Below are positions 37,796 through 46,281 of a stretch of DNA of 64,000 bases, piece after piece. The DNA is taken from contig CAZWTJ010000001.1 of the NCBI GenBank assembly GCA_964637555.1, positions 5,450 through 69,449 of the forward strand, in the 5' to 3' direction. The position numbers and the translations under genes were made by a program. Below the pieces are notes generated by a model that ran no database searches, had not been told where the DNA came from, and saw only the letters and a program-made list of their open reading frames with translations. The stretch is from an uncultured Dehalococcoidia bacterium. GTDB lineage: Bacteria > Chloroflexota > Dehalococcoidia > Lucifugimonadales > UBA6927. The number at the start of each line of letters is the position of its first letter. The first letter of the stretch is position 1.

Positions 37796-38770
37796 ATGGC
37801 TAAAGATTTCCATATCGATAGTTGCTGTGTCCCAACCCGGGAAAACTCACTCAAAAATTCCTCGGAACCGCAAAAACAAATTACTCCATTAACAACGTCT
37901 CCCAAGGGAGAAATGGTTAAAATTCCCGGTGGAAAATTCTTAATGGGATCAGAAGACAGAGATTCGTTTAAATCTGACGGTGAAGGTCCAATAAGAGAAG
38001 TACAACTAGGGTCATTTCTGATCGATCCATATGCGGTAACTAACCATCAATTTTCAAAATTTGTTCGTCGCACTCGATATATTACTGAAGCAGAAAAATT
38101 CGGTTGGTCATTCGTTTTCGCAGGTTTGGCCACTAAAAAATCTATTACTCAAAAGACTAAATCTGTCCCTAACACTCAATGGTGGCTTGCAATTGAAAAC
38201 GCAAATTGGAAACATCCAAGTGGACCTGGTTCCAATATTGAAGAAATTATGAATCATCCAGTAGTTCATATTTCCTGGCATGACTCCATGGAATACTGCA
38301 AATGGGCAAAAAAACGTCTTCCAACAGAGTCAGAATGGGAAATGGCTGCTCGAGGAGGATTAATACAAAATCGGTATGCATGGGGAAACGAGCTTAGCCC
38401 CGGGAATCAACACATGTGTAATATTTGGCAAGGTCAGTTCCCAGTTCAAAATACTGCAGAAGATGGATATGTTGGCACTGCACCATCCAAATCATTCCCG
38501 CAAAATGGTTATGGATTATTCAACATGAGTGGAAATGTATGGGAGTGGACTTCAGATTGGTTCAGCAATACTTTCCATCAAGGAGAATCTCAACAAAGCT
38601 TATCCATAAATCCTCAAGGTCCAAATTCAGGAGAATCTAAAGTAATTAAAGGTGGATCGTATTTATGTCATGAATCCTATTGCAACAGATATCGAGTCGC
38701 CGCTAGGAGCTGCAACACTCCCGACAGTTCTACTGGGAATATGGGATTCAGATGCGCTAAAAGTTTATAG
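37796..38770 (+). CDS. Formylglycine-generating enzyme (SUMF1-type), no signal peptide
   Basis: 324 aa. Near motif-for-motif resemblance to human SUMF1 as I recall it (NIWQGQFPVQNTAEDGYVGTAPSKSFPQNGYGLFNMSGNVWEWTSDWF). The catalytic Cys pair is present in GGSYLCHESYCNRYRVAARS. Confidence 0.9.
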   Translation: MAKDFHIDSCCVPTRENSLKNSSEPQKQITPLTTSPKGEMVKIPGGKFLMGSEDRDSFKSDGEGPIREVQLGSFLIDPYAVTNHQFSKFVRRTRYITEAEKFGWSFVFAGLATKKSITQKTKSVPNTQWWLAIENANWKHPSGPGSNIEEIMNHPVVHISWHDSMEYCKWAKKRLPTESEWEMAARGGLIQNRYAWGNELSPGNQHMCNIWQGQFPVQNTAEDGYVGTAPSKSFPQNGYGLFNMSGNVWEWTSDWFSNTFHQGESQQSLSINPQGPNSGESKVIKGGSYLCHESYCNRYRVAARSCNTPDSSTGNMGFRCAKSL

Positions 38771-39640
38771 TAGTGGATAATTCAGAAGTGAACCCTTAGC
38801 ATCAACATTATAGTGAGTCAGATGCCAACGTCCAAGATTCGCTCCTAACAAAAGATCCAAATTTTCACCACAAAATGCGATATTTGTAGGTGCGGCCATT
38901 ATTGTTCCTTCAAAATCCTCCGCCAACACATCCAAGTTCCCATCCTTGCTCAACACATAAACAACATCTGGCCGGTAACAGGAAATGTACAGATTCCCAA
39001 GGACATCAAATGCTATACCGTCAGGTACAGTCTTAGGAAGTTCAACGACTGTTTCCGATCTCCCAGCACTTCCATCACTATGAATAGGAATACGTGATAT
39101 TCTTGGTGAATTCAAGCTCATGACGACATATAAATATTCTCCGTCTATACTAATAGCCAATCCATTTGGAAATGTGTTCAAAGATCGGTCCCACACAATT
39201 CCATCACCTCCAGGAGGAATTTTATAAATTTTCCCTGTATCTTCTTTCCAACCACCCGAGTCAGAAACATACAAGTTCCCATGAGAATCAAACACAGGAT
39301 AATTTGGTCCAGCAATGGGCTCATCATTGCTTCCAATTGAATAAGTTGAGACTTTTCCAGTATTTGAGATCTTCATGATTCCAACACCATCGTCTCCTCC
39401 AGTACATGCATAGATATTGGAATTTGCATCCGCAGCCAAACCTCCTACGAATCGACCTGTTATTGATGCAATTTGTTTAAATTCTCTTTTGTCCACATCA
39501 ATTCGGTAGATTTGACCACTTTCTCCACCTGCATACACAAATCCATCTGGTGCCCAACATAAACCTTCAGGATGATCAAGCCCACTACTGAATCCACCAA
39601 CAAACAATGAAACATCAGAATCTAATTTAAGTATTCCCAT
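38765..39640 (-). CDS. SMP-30 / gluconolactonase / LRE-like beta-propeller protein
   Basis: Blade motifs (HPEGLCWAPDGFVYAG; GPNYPVFDSHGNLYVSD; PNGLAISIDGEYLYV; PDGIAFDVLGNLYIS). I prefer ATG 39640 (MGILKLD...; GGAGGTTTT immediately upstream) to the track start at 39673. Confidence 0.7.
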   Translation of the reverse strand: MGILKLDSDVSLFVGGFSSGLDHPEGLCWAPDGFVYAGGESGQIYRIDVDKREFKQIASITGRFVGGLAADANSNIYACTGGDDGVGIMKISNTGKVSTYSIGSNDEPIAGPNYPVFDSHGNLYVSDSGGWKEDTGKIYKIPPGGDGIVWDRSLNTFPNGLAISIDGEYLYVVMSLNSPRISRIPIHSDGSAGRSETVVELPKTVPDGIAFDVLGNLYISCYRPDVVYVLSKDGNLDVLAEDFEGTIMAAPTNIAFCGENLDLLLGANLGRWHLTHYNVDAKGSLLNYPLL

Positions 39641-39860
39641 AAAACCTCCTTCTAACGCGATCAAACTAATCATAACATGGAGGAATAAGCAATATAATTG
39701 AAAATATTGACCGAGAATCGTAACACATACTTTTAAAACAAGCTAACTTCCGTCATCTTTTTCGAAAATCCCAACATGTTTCGGACGAATATCGTAATAA
39801 ATTTCTATATATTTTCATGATATAGCCAAATAGGAACATATATTCTCTATGGAAAACCTG

Positions 39861-39889
39861 TTGACATTGAATAAAATTCGTGCGATAAT
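39861..39889 (+). promoter_or_regulatory. Near-consensus sigma-70 promoter upstream of the Zn-ribbon ORF
   Basis: TTGACA (39861-39866), 17-nt spacer, GATAAT (39884-39889). This implies a leader of about 110 nt before ATG 40007. Confidence 0.5.
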
Positions 39890-40006
39890 TCCGTCTCGAT
39901 ACGGTGAAATAGTAAGAATATGCTTAATTTTACATATTTCAGATTTAATCAAATATAGTTATTTTTCGAAATTTGATCTACGGATTTCGGAAAGCCAGGA
40001 AAGACG

Positions 40007-40201
40007 ATGCCAGAACTAAGTACAATGAAATTAAAATCCTGCCCAAGATGCGGTGGAGCTGTCAGAATAACCTCTGATATGTACGGCGCATTCAAGCAAT
40101 GCCTACACTGTGGGTTTGTAAAAGATTTGCCCAAAGAAGATATGGAAATCATACAAAACGCCATTGCAACCCGCAGTCGTAACGGCCGTAGTGCTGCGTA
40201 G
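40007..40201 (+). CDS. Small zinc-ribbon protein (64 aa)
   Basis: Two Cys knuckles, CPRCGG-x17-CLHCGF. AGGAAAG SD lies 4 nt before the ATG. The local GC content is noticeably higher than in the flanking spacer. Basic C-terminal tail (ATRSRNGRSAA). Confidence 0.6.
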   Translation: MPELSTMKLKSCPRCGGAVRITSDMYGAFKQCLHCGFVKDLPKEDMEIIQNAIATRSRNGRSAA

Positions 40202-40254
40202 CCCAACTTTTTAAAAAAGCCCCACGAGCGCTCAATTCAGGGTATAATCCTGCT

Positions 40255-41049
40255 ATGGATTTATTACTCAAAAATAAAATAGCTATCGTGACAGGTGGAA
40301 GTCTGGGAATCGGAAAAGCAATTGCCAAAAGGCTTGCTCTCGAAGGAGCGGACATAGTCATTTGCGCAAGAAGTTTGGATACTCTTGAAAAAGCTGCAAA
40401 TGAGATAAAGTGTTTGACAAAAAGAACGATTGTACCAATTCAATGTGATACAACAAAAACCGAGTCTATTCAAAATCTCGTAAACCAAACTATTGAAAGA
40501 TTCGGCAGAATCGATATTTTAATTAATAATGCTGCCGCCCCAGGCGGCCTAGTCGGAGGGAATATTGATTCTGCGGATGAAAATGATTTGATGCAAGATA
40601 TAAATACAAAGGTGATGGGTTATTTTCGATGCGCTAAATTAGTAGCTCCAATTATGAAAGCTCAAAAATCTGGAAGAATCATTAATATTGGTGGTCTGGC
40701 CGCAAGAAATGCCGGAACATACAGTGGCCTAAGAAATCTTGCATTGGTACATATGACTAAGACCTTATCGCTTGAATTAGCTGCACATGGATTAACGGTA
40801 AATATAGTTCACCCTGGTCAAACCATGACTGAGAAAAAACCTACAAGAATCTCTATTGAATCCGAACAAACCAATGTTCCAGAAGATCAGATTTATCAAC
40901 AATGGTCAAACAGTACTGACATCAAAAGGATTGTTGAGGCTGATGAAATAGCTACCTTAGTAGCTTTCCTCTCATCTCCTGTTTCAGGCTCAATCACTGG
41001 TGAGTCAATTGCTTGTGGCGGAGGCGTAGGATCCAGTATTTATCCATAG
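40255..41049 (+). CDS. Short-chain dehydrogenase/reductase (SDR) family oxidoreductase
   Basis: 264 aa with TGGSLGIGKAIA (TGxxxGxG) and NNAA motifs. The active-site region reads YSGLRN rather than the usual YxxxK. Confidence 0.85.
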   Translation: MDLLLKNKIAIVTGGSLGIGKAIAKRLALEGADIVICARSLDTLEKAANEIKCLTKRTIVPIQCDTTKTESIQNLVNQTIERFGRIDILINNAAAPGGLVGGNIDSADENDLMQDINTKVMGYFRCAKLVAPIMKAQKSGRIINIGGLAARNAGTYSGLRNLALVHMTKTLSLELAAHGLTVNIVHPGQTMTEKKPTRISIESEQTNVPEDQIYQQWSNSTDIKRIVEADEIATLVAFLSSPVSGSITGESIACGGGVGSSIYP

Positions 41050-41061
41050 AATGGAGAAGCT

Positions 41062-41793
41062 TTGAATACAAATCCCCTCAAAAATTGTCAGATACTTACC
41101 TTCGATTTATTTGATACGGTATTAGACTTAGGAACAAGCTTGAATCCTTGGATTGAAGCCTTTTTAGCCCCCCACAAAACAACCAATCAAGCAGACTCGA
41201 AATCATTCTGGAATTTAATGAGACATCGACAAAGAATTGAGCAATATCAAGATACATTATTAGAATTAAAACATAGTGGATACCTTGAAACTGCAAGAAA
41301 GGCTTTTATCTATACTGCACGTCTTAACCATATCCAGCCTACCGATATGGAAATCGACAAATTTATGGAGGGATGGGAAAACTTGCAAGTTTTCCCTGAT
41401 TGTTTTCCAGCATTGAATCAATTAAATGAGTCGTTCAATTTGGTTGCATTATCGAATGGTAACAAATGGTACCTAGAGTATTTGGCCAGAAATCAAATCG
41501 AATTTGACTTCTTTAAAATTATTTCCGTAGAAGAAGTTGGGGTATTCAAACCACATCCTGCTGTTTATAGACAAGCCGCTCGAATGTTAAACGTAGACCC
41601 CGGGAAAATTGCAATGGTAAGCAGTAATTCATTCGATGTAATGGGGGCTAGAGCCTGCGGGTTGAGAGGAATATTTGTTAATCGACATGATCTTCCATTC
41701 GAGGAGACGGAAAAACTATTTCAGCCTGATTTGGTAGTAAAAGATTTTATCCAATTAACTCAATCCCTGACCCATGAAAATCAAAACTATTAA
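41062..41793 (+). CDS. Haloacid dehalogenase, type II (L-2-haloacid dehalogenase family)
   Basis: 243 aa with motifs LTFDLFDTVLD (nucleophile Asp), ALSNGN and VGVFKPHPAVY...MVSSNSFDVMGARACGLRGIFVNR. TTG start behind a GGAGAAG SD. Confidence 0.8.
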   Translation: MNTNPLKNCQILTFDLFDTVLDLGTSLNPWIEAFLAPHKTTNQADSKSFWNLMRHRQRIEQYQDTLLELKHSGYLETARKAFIYTARLNHIQPTDMEIDKFMEGWENLQVFPDCFPALNQLNESFNLVALSNGNKWYLEYLARNQIEFDFFKIISVEEVGVFKPHPAVYRQAARMLNVDPGKIAMVSSNSFDVMGARACGLRGIFVNRHDLPFEETEKLFQPDLVVKDFIQLTQSLTHENQNY

Positions 41794-42175
41794 AACTCAA
41801 TATCTGCTCAACGCAGAACACATCCTGGCTCCTGACGGATCAGAAATCAGAGAGCTAGTCACAACTGAGTCGGCAAGCATGGTTCATTGCACATTATATC
41901 CAGGGGAAATTTCACGGGCCGTGAGACATAAAAGCGTTGAAGAATTATGGTTTATTATCGAAGGAAGTGGGCAATTTTGGAGAAAAATCGATGGTGACTA
42001 TACGATGGTCAAAATTGGCAAAGGTACCTCACTTAATATACCAAAAAATGTTGATTTCCAGTTCAGAAATGATGGACCCATGAATTTAGAAGCAATAATC
42101 GTAACTACTCCACCATGGCCAGGAAATCATGAAGCAATTATCTCAGAGGGTCATTGGGAAGTTCGAAATGTGTGA
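41774..42175 (+). CDS. Cupin domain protein
   Basis: 133 aa. Cupin-like core (VRHKSVEELWFIIEGSGQFW...NIPKNVDFQFRN). Overlaps the HAD gene by 20 nt. Confidence 0.6.
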   Translation: MKIKTIKTQYLLNAEHILAPDGSEIRELVTTESASMVHCTLYPGEISRAVRHKSVEELWFIIEGSGQFWRKIDGDYTMVKIGKGTSLNIPKNVDFQFRNDGPMNLEAIIVTTPPWPGNHEAIISEGHWEVRNV

Positions 42176-42184
42176 TAGTTGTAA

Positions 42185-43216
42185 TTAAGTTAACCTTGAA
42201 CTCAAAACCTTAGGATGATTCAACAAAAACTGCTGCCCAGTAATTACTTTACGTCCAGGTAATTGAACAGTTTGCAATTCCAAAACTGAACCATCTCTTG
42301 TGACTACCCCAATTGAATCCTTTGAAATTTTGTAAAATTTTTTAGATTGAAAATACCCTATCTCTTCAATACCATCAAGGAGAATTACTGATCCTTCAAT
42401 TAAGCCGCTTTTTCGAAATAGATCTTTGTTAGAGAATTGCATCACTTTTGCGCTCAAAATTTTTAATATGGTGTCTTCAAAATTTGCATATATACCGGGC
42501 CACGGATCATATGCACGAAGTTGTCTTTCTAAAAATTCAGCGTCTCGAGAAAAATCAAGTTTGCCGTCCTGTTTCAAAACTAAAGATGTGTACGTAGCTT
42601 TTAAATCATCCTGAACTAAAGGTGTTTTTGAATTATTCTTCAAATTTTTCAAGTAGTCTTTTAACAACTCGGAACCTATCAGAAATAATTTCTTCGTAAG
42701 TGTTTCATTTCGATCACTTTGATCTATTGAGACAATTTTTTGATCTAGAATTGGGCCCGAATCCAAACCCTCATCCATCATCATAAGAGTCACACCAGTA
42801 TCAGAATCACCATTTAATATGGCTGTGGAAACAGGCGATGGGCCTCTATATTTCGGAAGAATAGACGGATGAATATTTATACACCCTAAAGGAGGGGAAT
42901 CTAAAATCTCTTTTGGCAAAATTAATCCATAACCAGCCACAATGATTAAATCCGGATGGAATTTTATGATTTCGTCTACAGATTTGGAATTTTTCACAAA
43001 TGACTCAGGCTGTTTGACAAGGAATCCCAAATCTAGGGCAGCGACTTTTACATCTGATTGCCTAACTTTTTTGCCTCTGCCAGAAGGGCGATCTGGAGCT
43101 GTATAGACAATAATGTTCCAATCAAACTCAGACAAAGATTGTAATACCGGGACCACAAAGGAGGGGGTCCCCATAAAAATTAAGTTTCGTTTGTCAGTAA
43201 AATTATTGTTGGCCAC
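42185..43216 (-). CDS. fmt: Methionyl-tRNA formyltransferase
   Basis: 343 aa with motifs IFMGTPSF and NIHPSILPKYRGPSPV. The C-terminal domain is somewhat extended. Confidence 0.92.
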   Translation of the reverse strand: MANNNFTDKRNLIFMGTPSFVVPVLQSLSEFDWNIIVYTAPDRPSGRGKKVRQSDVKVAALDLGFLVKQPESFVKNSKSVDEIIKFHPDLIIVAGYGLILPKEILDSPPLGCINIHPSILPKYRGPSPVSTAILNGDSDTGVTLMMMDEGLDSGPILDQKIVSIDQSDRNETLTKKLFLIGSELLKDYLKNLKNNSKTPLVQDDLKATYTSLVLKQDGKLDFSRDAEFLERQLRAYDPWPGIYANFEDTILKILSAKVMQFSNKDLFRKSGLIEGSVILLDGIEEIGYFQSKKFYKISKDSIGVVTRDGSVLELQTVQLPGRKVITGQQFLLNHPKVLSSRLT

Positions 43217-43904
43217 AACTAATTCCTTCTACATCAATATTCTTAAATTGAACAATATCTCCAATCTGAATATTTGACAATTCAATCTCGCCCGCGTTGA
43301 CTTCAAAATTGAATGCTGCAGGTGAAGTTGAATAGTATACATGCAATTCCGCTTGATTCGTATCAACAACTACATTCTCTGTTAAATCAACGACCCTGCA
43401 ATCTTCTCCAATCCAGATAAAATCTAAAGGAAATAACATATCCAACATCCAGAATCCTCCGGCCACATTATCTGGATAAACAAAAAGCATCCCGCTAGAT
43501 TGTTCTAGGGAATTTCTTTTTGATAGTCCCCTCTCCCTCTTTTCACGAGAATCAGCGATTTCTGCACGGAACGTTTTCTTTCCTACGATCACTTTCGGGG
43601 CACTAATTGAGATTCCAGTAGATGCTAAGGAGTTTTTAATAGCTGATTCCCTATATGCGACATTTTGTTCTTCTCTCAAATTAGTCTCGACAGCCACGGA
43701 TTTGAAAAAACTGTCATCGTTTAGTTTTTTGGGGGAATTACAACTTCCACAAAACATTAAAGTAACCAGTGCAACCAAGAATATACACGGCAAAGCATTG
43801 ATATTGTCAAAATATTTTTGGGATTTTTCATTTTGGAAATTGCGGCTATTTAATTTCAACGAAAGTCGCACCGTTTCCACCAAAACTCGATTCTTCAGCC
43901 CCAA
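43203..43904 (-). CDS. DUF192 domain protein, probable lipoprotein or secreted protein
   Basis: DUF192 core (ERGLSKRNSLEQSSGMLFVYPDN...FWMLDMLFPLDFIWI). Hydrophobic segment with Cys (LVALVTLMFCGSC). The true start is uncertain because the longest ORF overlaps the mutS2 3' end by 59 nt. An in-frame TTG (..NA-L-PCIF..) lies just after the mutS2 stop. Confidence 0.7.
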   Translation of the reverse strand: MGLKNRVLVETVRLSLKLNSRNFQNEKSQKYFDNINALPCIFLVALVTLMFCGSCNSPKKLNDDSFFKSVAVETNLREEQNVAYRESAIKNSLASTGISISAPKVIVGKKTFRAEIADSREKRERGLSKRNSLEQSSGMLFVYPDNVAGGFWMLDMLFPLDFIWIGEDCRVVDLTENVVVDTNQAELHVYYSTSPAAFNFEVNAGEIELSNIQIGDIVQFKNIDVEGISCGQQ

Positions 43905-46218
43905 ACTTTTTAACCAGCGGATAATCCTCCAAATATTCTCGAACAGATTTTCTCAAAACACCAGTGCCATGACCATGAATTATGCGAAGATGCGTGATAC
44001 CTTTAAATGAAGAATCATCCAAAAAGTTTTGCAATTTTATAATGGCATCATCAACATATACTCCCCGTAAATCCAGTTCTTGTGATGCGTCATCTTTAAA
44101 ATCAATAAGTCCCATACTATTAGAATCGTCCTTTGGAAGAGAAGAAATCTTTTCTATTTGATTCTTCGCAATAGATAGGCTAACAGATCCAATACTTACA
44201 ATAACATTTTCTTTTAAATCATCAGGTAATCTCTCGATAGTAGCATTAGTTTCAATAGATTTAATTCTGACTTGATCTCCAATATTAAATTCTTCATTTC
44301 CTATTTCAATAGCACTATTAGAAGGGACCCATTGATCCGAGCTTAGTTCTTCTTTTATCACATCCATTTCAAATTTTGTTTTTGATTCTTTCGAATCTAT
44401 TGACCTCTCAATTCGCCTCATTCTTTTTGAAATACTTCCGAAGCGGTCATTCAATTTATGTCTTAAATTGTCTATCATGTCATTCCTGTGAACCAACAAA
44501 TAATCTAATTCTTGTAAAAGTTGGGTCCGCAAGGACTTGAGTTGATTAAGTTCTTCCCCGACTTTACTGTTTAGATCCTTCAACTGTTCCTTGTCCCTTT
44601 CCAATTGATCCAACAATCCTTCAGATTTTGTAAACCATTCATCTAAGAAACGCTTTGCACTTTGTATCACAGTGTCAGAAATACCAAGTTTGGAGGCTAA
44701 AAGGATTCCGAAACTTCTACCCCAAGATTTTTGTAAAAGTTTATAAGTCGGAAGCATCGAATTTTTATCTAATTCAACTCCAGCATTGAGCATGCCATTT
44801 CGGCTGTCCGCAAATGCCGCTACAGACCGGAAGTGTGTTGTCACAATGCAAAACACACCTCTATCAGCTAAATTTAAAGAAATTGATTTTGCTAAAGCGG
44901 CTCCTTCATCTGGATCAGTACTTGAACCTAACTCATCTAACAATACTAGAGATCTTCTATTCGCGAATTCCAGTATTGAAGCAATATTTTTAATGTGAGA
45001 ACTGAACGTGGAAACAGATTGGTTGATACTTTGTCCATCTCCAATATCAGCAAAAACATGGTCAAAAATAGGTAATTCACTCCCAATATCAGCAGGAACT
45101 AAAATACCCGATTGGTTCATTAAAGCTAAAAGCCCGACCGTTTTCATCGCAACAGTCTTGCCACCAGTATTTGGCCCACTAATCACCAACACAGGATATT
45201 TAGAATCAAAATCCATTCCTATAGGAACCGCATTATCTCCAAGTAATGGGTGTCTGGCCCCCTTTAAAAGAATTCTGGAATTTGATGATGTTACGTCGAA
45301 TTTAAAAATTGGATTGCCACCAATCTGGATAGAATATCTAGCTCGAACGAAAATATAATCCAGGGCCGCAGTTGCCGATAAAATTGTATCGAATTCTAAT
45401 TCTAGTTCGCCAATAGCTTGAGACATTTGCCTGATAATTCGAATCTCTTCCCGTTTCTCTTCCTCAACATTCTCTCTCCAAGAATTTGCAATTTCCACCA
45501 CATCAAATGGTTCTACAAAGATAGTCGCTCCAGAATCAGACACTCCATGAACTATACCGGAAACATCTCTCCTTCGATCAGACCTTACTGGAAGAACTAA
45601 TCGGTCAGAACGGACTGACACCACTGAATCACTAAGGGATTGTTCATACCTACTCAACGATTTTTGTATGTTCTCATTTAGCCTTTTAAAGGATACTTTT
45701 GATTTATTTCTCAATGATTTGATTGATGGAGATGCATCCTCAGATAGCTCTCCATTTGGGGTGATTTTCATTCGTATTTCTTCACTCACATAAGTCAAAT
45801 CAGGCAAACTTGAAAATCTTTCATTAAGGATTGGTGCAAAGGATCGGCTATTAAATAACTTTGCTTTAGCCCTAGAAACCAAGTCAATCAATTCCGCTGT
45901 AGTTAGCAATTCTGAACATGTTAAAATACCATCAACACTTGCACGTTGAAGAATTGAATTGAAGTCTTCAGAAAAAAACAGATTGATATCATCTGCTTCC
46001 GTAATGAAATTCCTAGCCTCAATAGTTTCTTTATGCAAATCACTCAATAACGCATCATCACAAATCGGTGAAGTGTCAGAAACAAGCTTTCTTGCGTTGA
46101 AAAATTGTACATGTTGCATAAGAGCATCCCGAACAGCTCCAAATTCAAGAACTTTCAAAGCATGATTAATTAAAATGTTTTTTCGTGAATCATCCGTTGG
46201 AGGTGTTCGGCATCCCAT
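43846..46218 (-). CDS. mutS2: Endonuclease MutS2
   Basis: 790 aa. Walker A (SGPNTGGKT), DELGSSTDP, and a C-terminal Smr domain (LDLRGVYVDDAI...LRIIHGHGTGVLR). Confidence 0.93.
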   Translation of the reverse strand: MGCRTPPTDDSRKNILINHALKVLEFGAVRDALMQHVQFFNARKLVSDTSPICDDALLSDLHKETIEARNFITEADDINLFFSEDFNSILQRASVDGILTCSELLTTAELIDLVSRAKAKLFNSRSFAPILNERFSSLPDLTYVSEEIRMKITPNGELSEDASPSIKSLRNKSKVSFKRLNENIQKSLSRYEQSLSDSVVSVRSDRLVLPVRSDRRRDVSGIVHGVSDSGATIFVEPFDVVEIANSWRENVEEEKREEIRIIRQMSQAIGELELEFDTILSATAALDYIFVRARYSIQIGGNPIFKFDVTSSNSRILLKGARHPLLGDNAVPIGMDFDSKYPVLVISGPNTGGKTVAMKTVGLLALMNQSGILVPADIGSELPIFDHVFADIGDGQSINQSVSTFSSHIKNIASILEFANRRSLVLLDELGSSTDPDEGAALAKSISLNLADRGVFCIVTTHFRSVAAFADSRNGMLNAGVELDKNSMLPTYKLLQKSWGRSFGILLASKLGISDTVIQSAKRFLDEWFTKSEGLLDQLERDKEQLKDLNSKVGEELNQLKSLRTQLLQELDYLLVHRNDMIDNLRHKLNDRFGSISKRMRRIERSIDSKESKTKFEMDVIKEELSSDQWVPSNSAIEIGNEEFNIGDQVRIKSIETNATIERLPDDLKENVIVSIGSVSLSIAKNQIEKISSLPKDDSNSMGLIDFKDDASQELDLRGVYVDDAIIKLQNFLDDSSFKGITHLRIIHGHGTGVLRKSVREYLEDYPLVKKFGAEESSFGGNGATFVEIK

Positions 46219-46281
46219 AAAATCACCAGAGAAAAATATATTGCACTCTACAATTTTACATCATGCTATACTTTTCTAGTT

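Noticed and set aside
39949-40361. Minus-strand ORFs 39949-40206 (85 aa) and 40149-40361 (70 aa), opposite the Zn-ribbon ORF and the SDR start.
   Set aside because: They compete with a plus-strand ORF that has a promoter, an SD and a CxxC...CxxC motif. They have no SD and no motif of their own.
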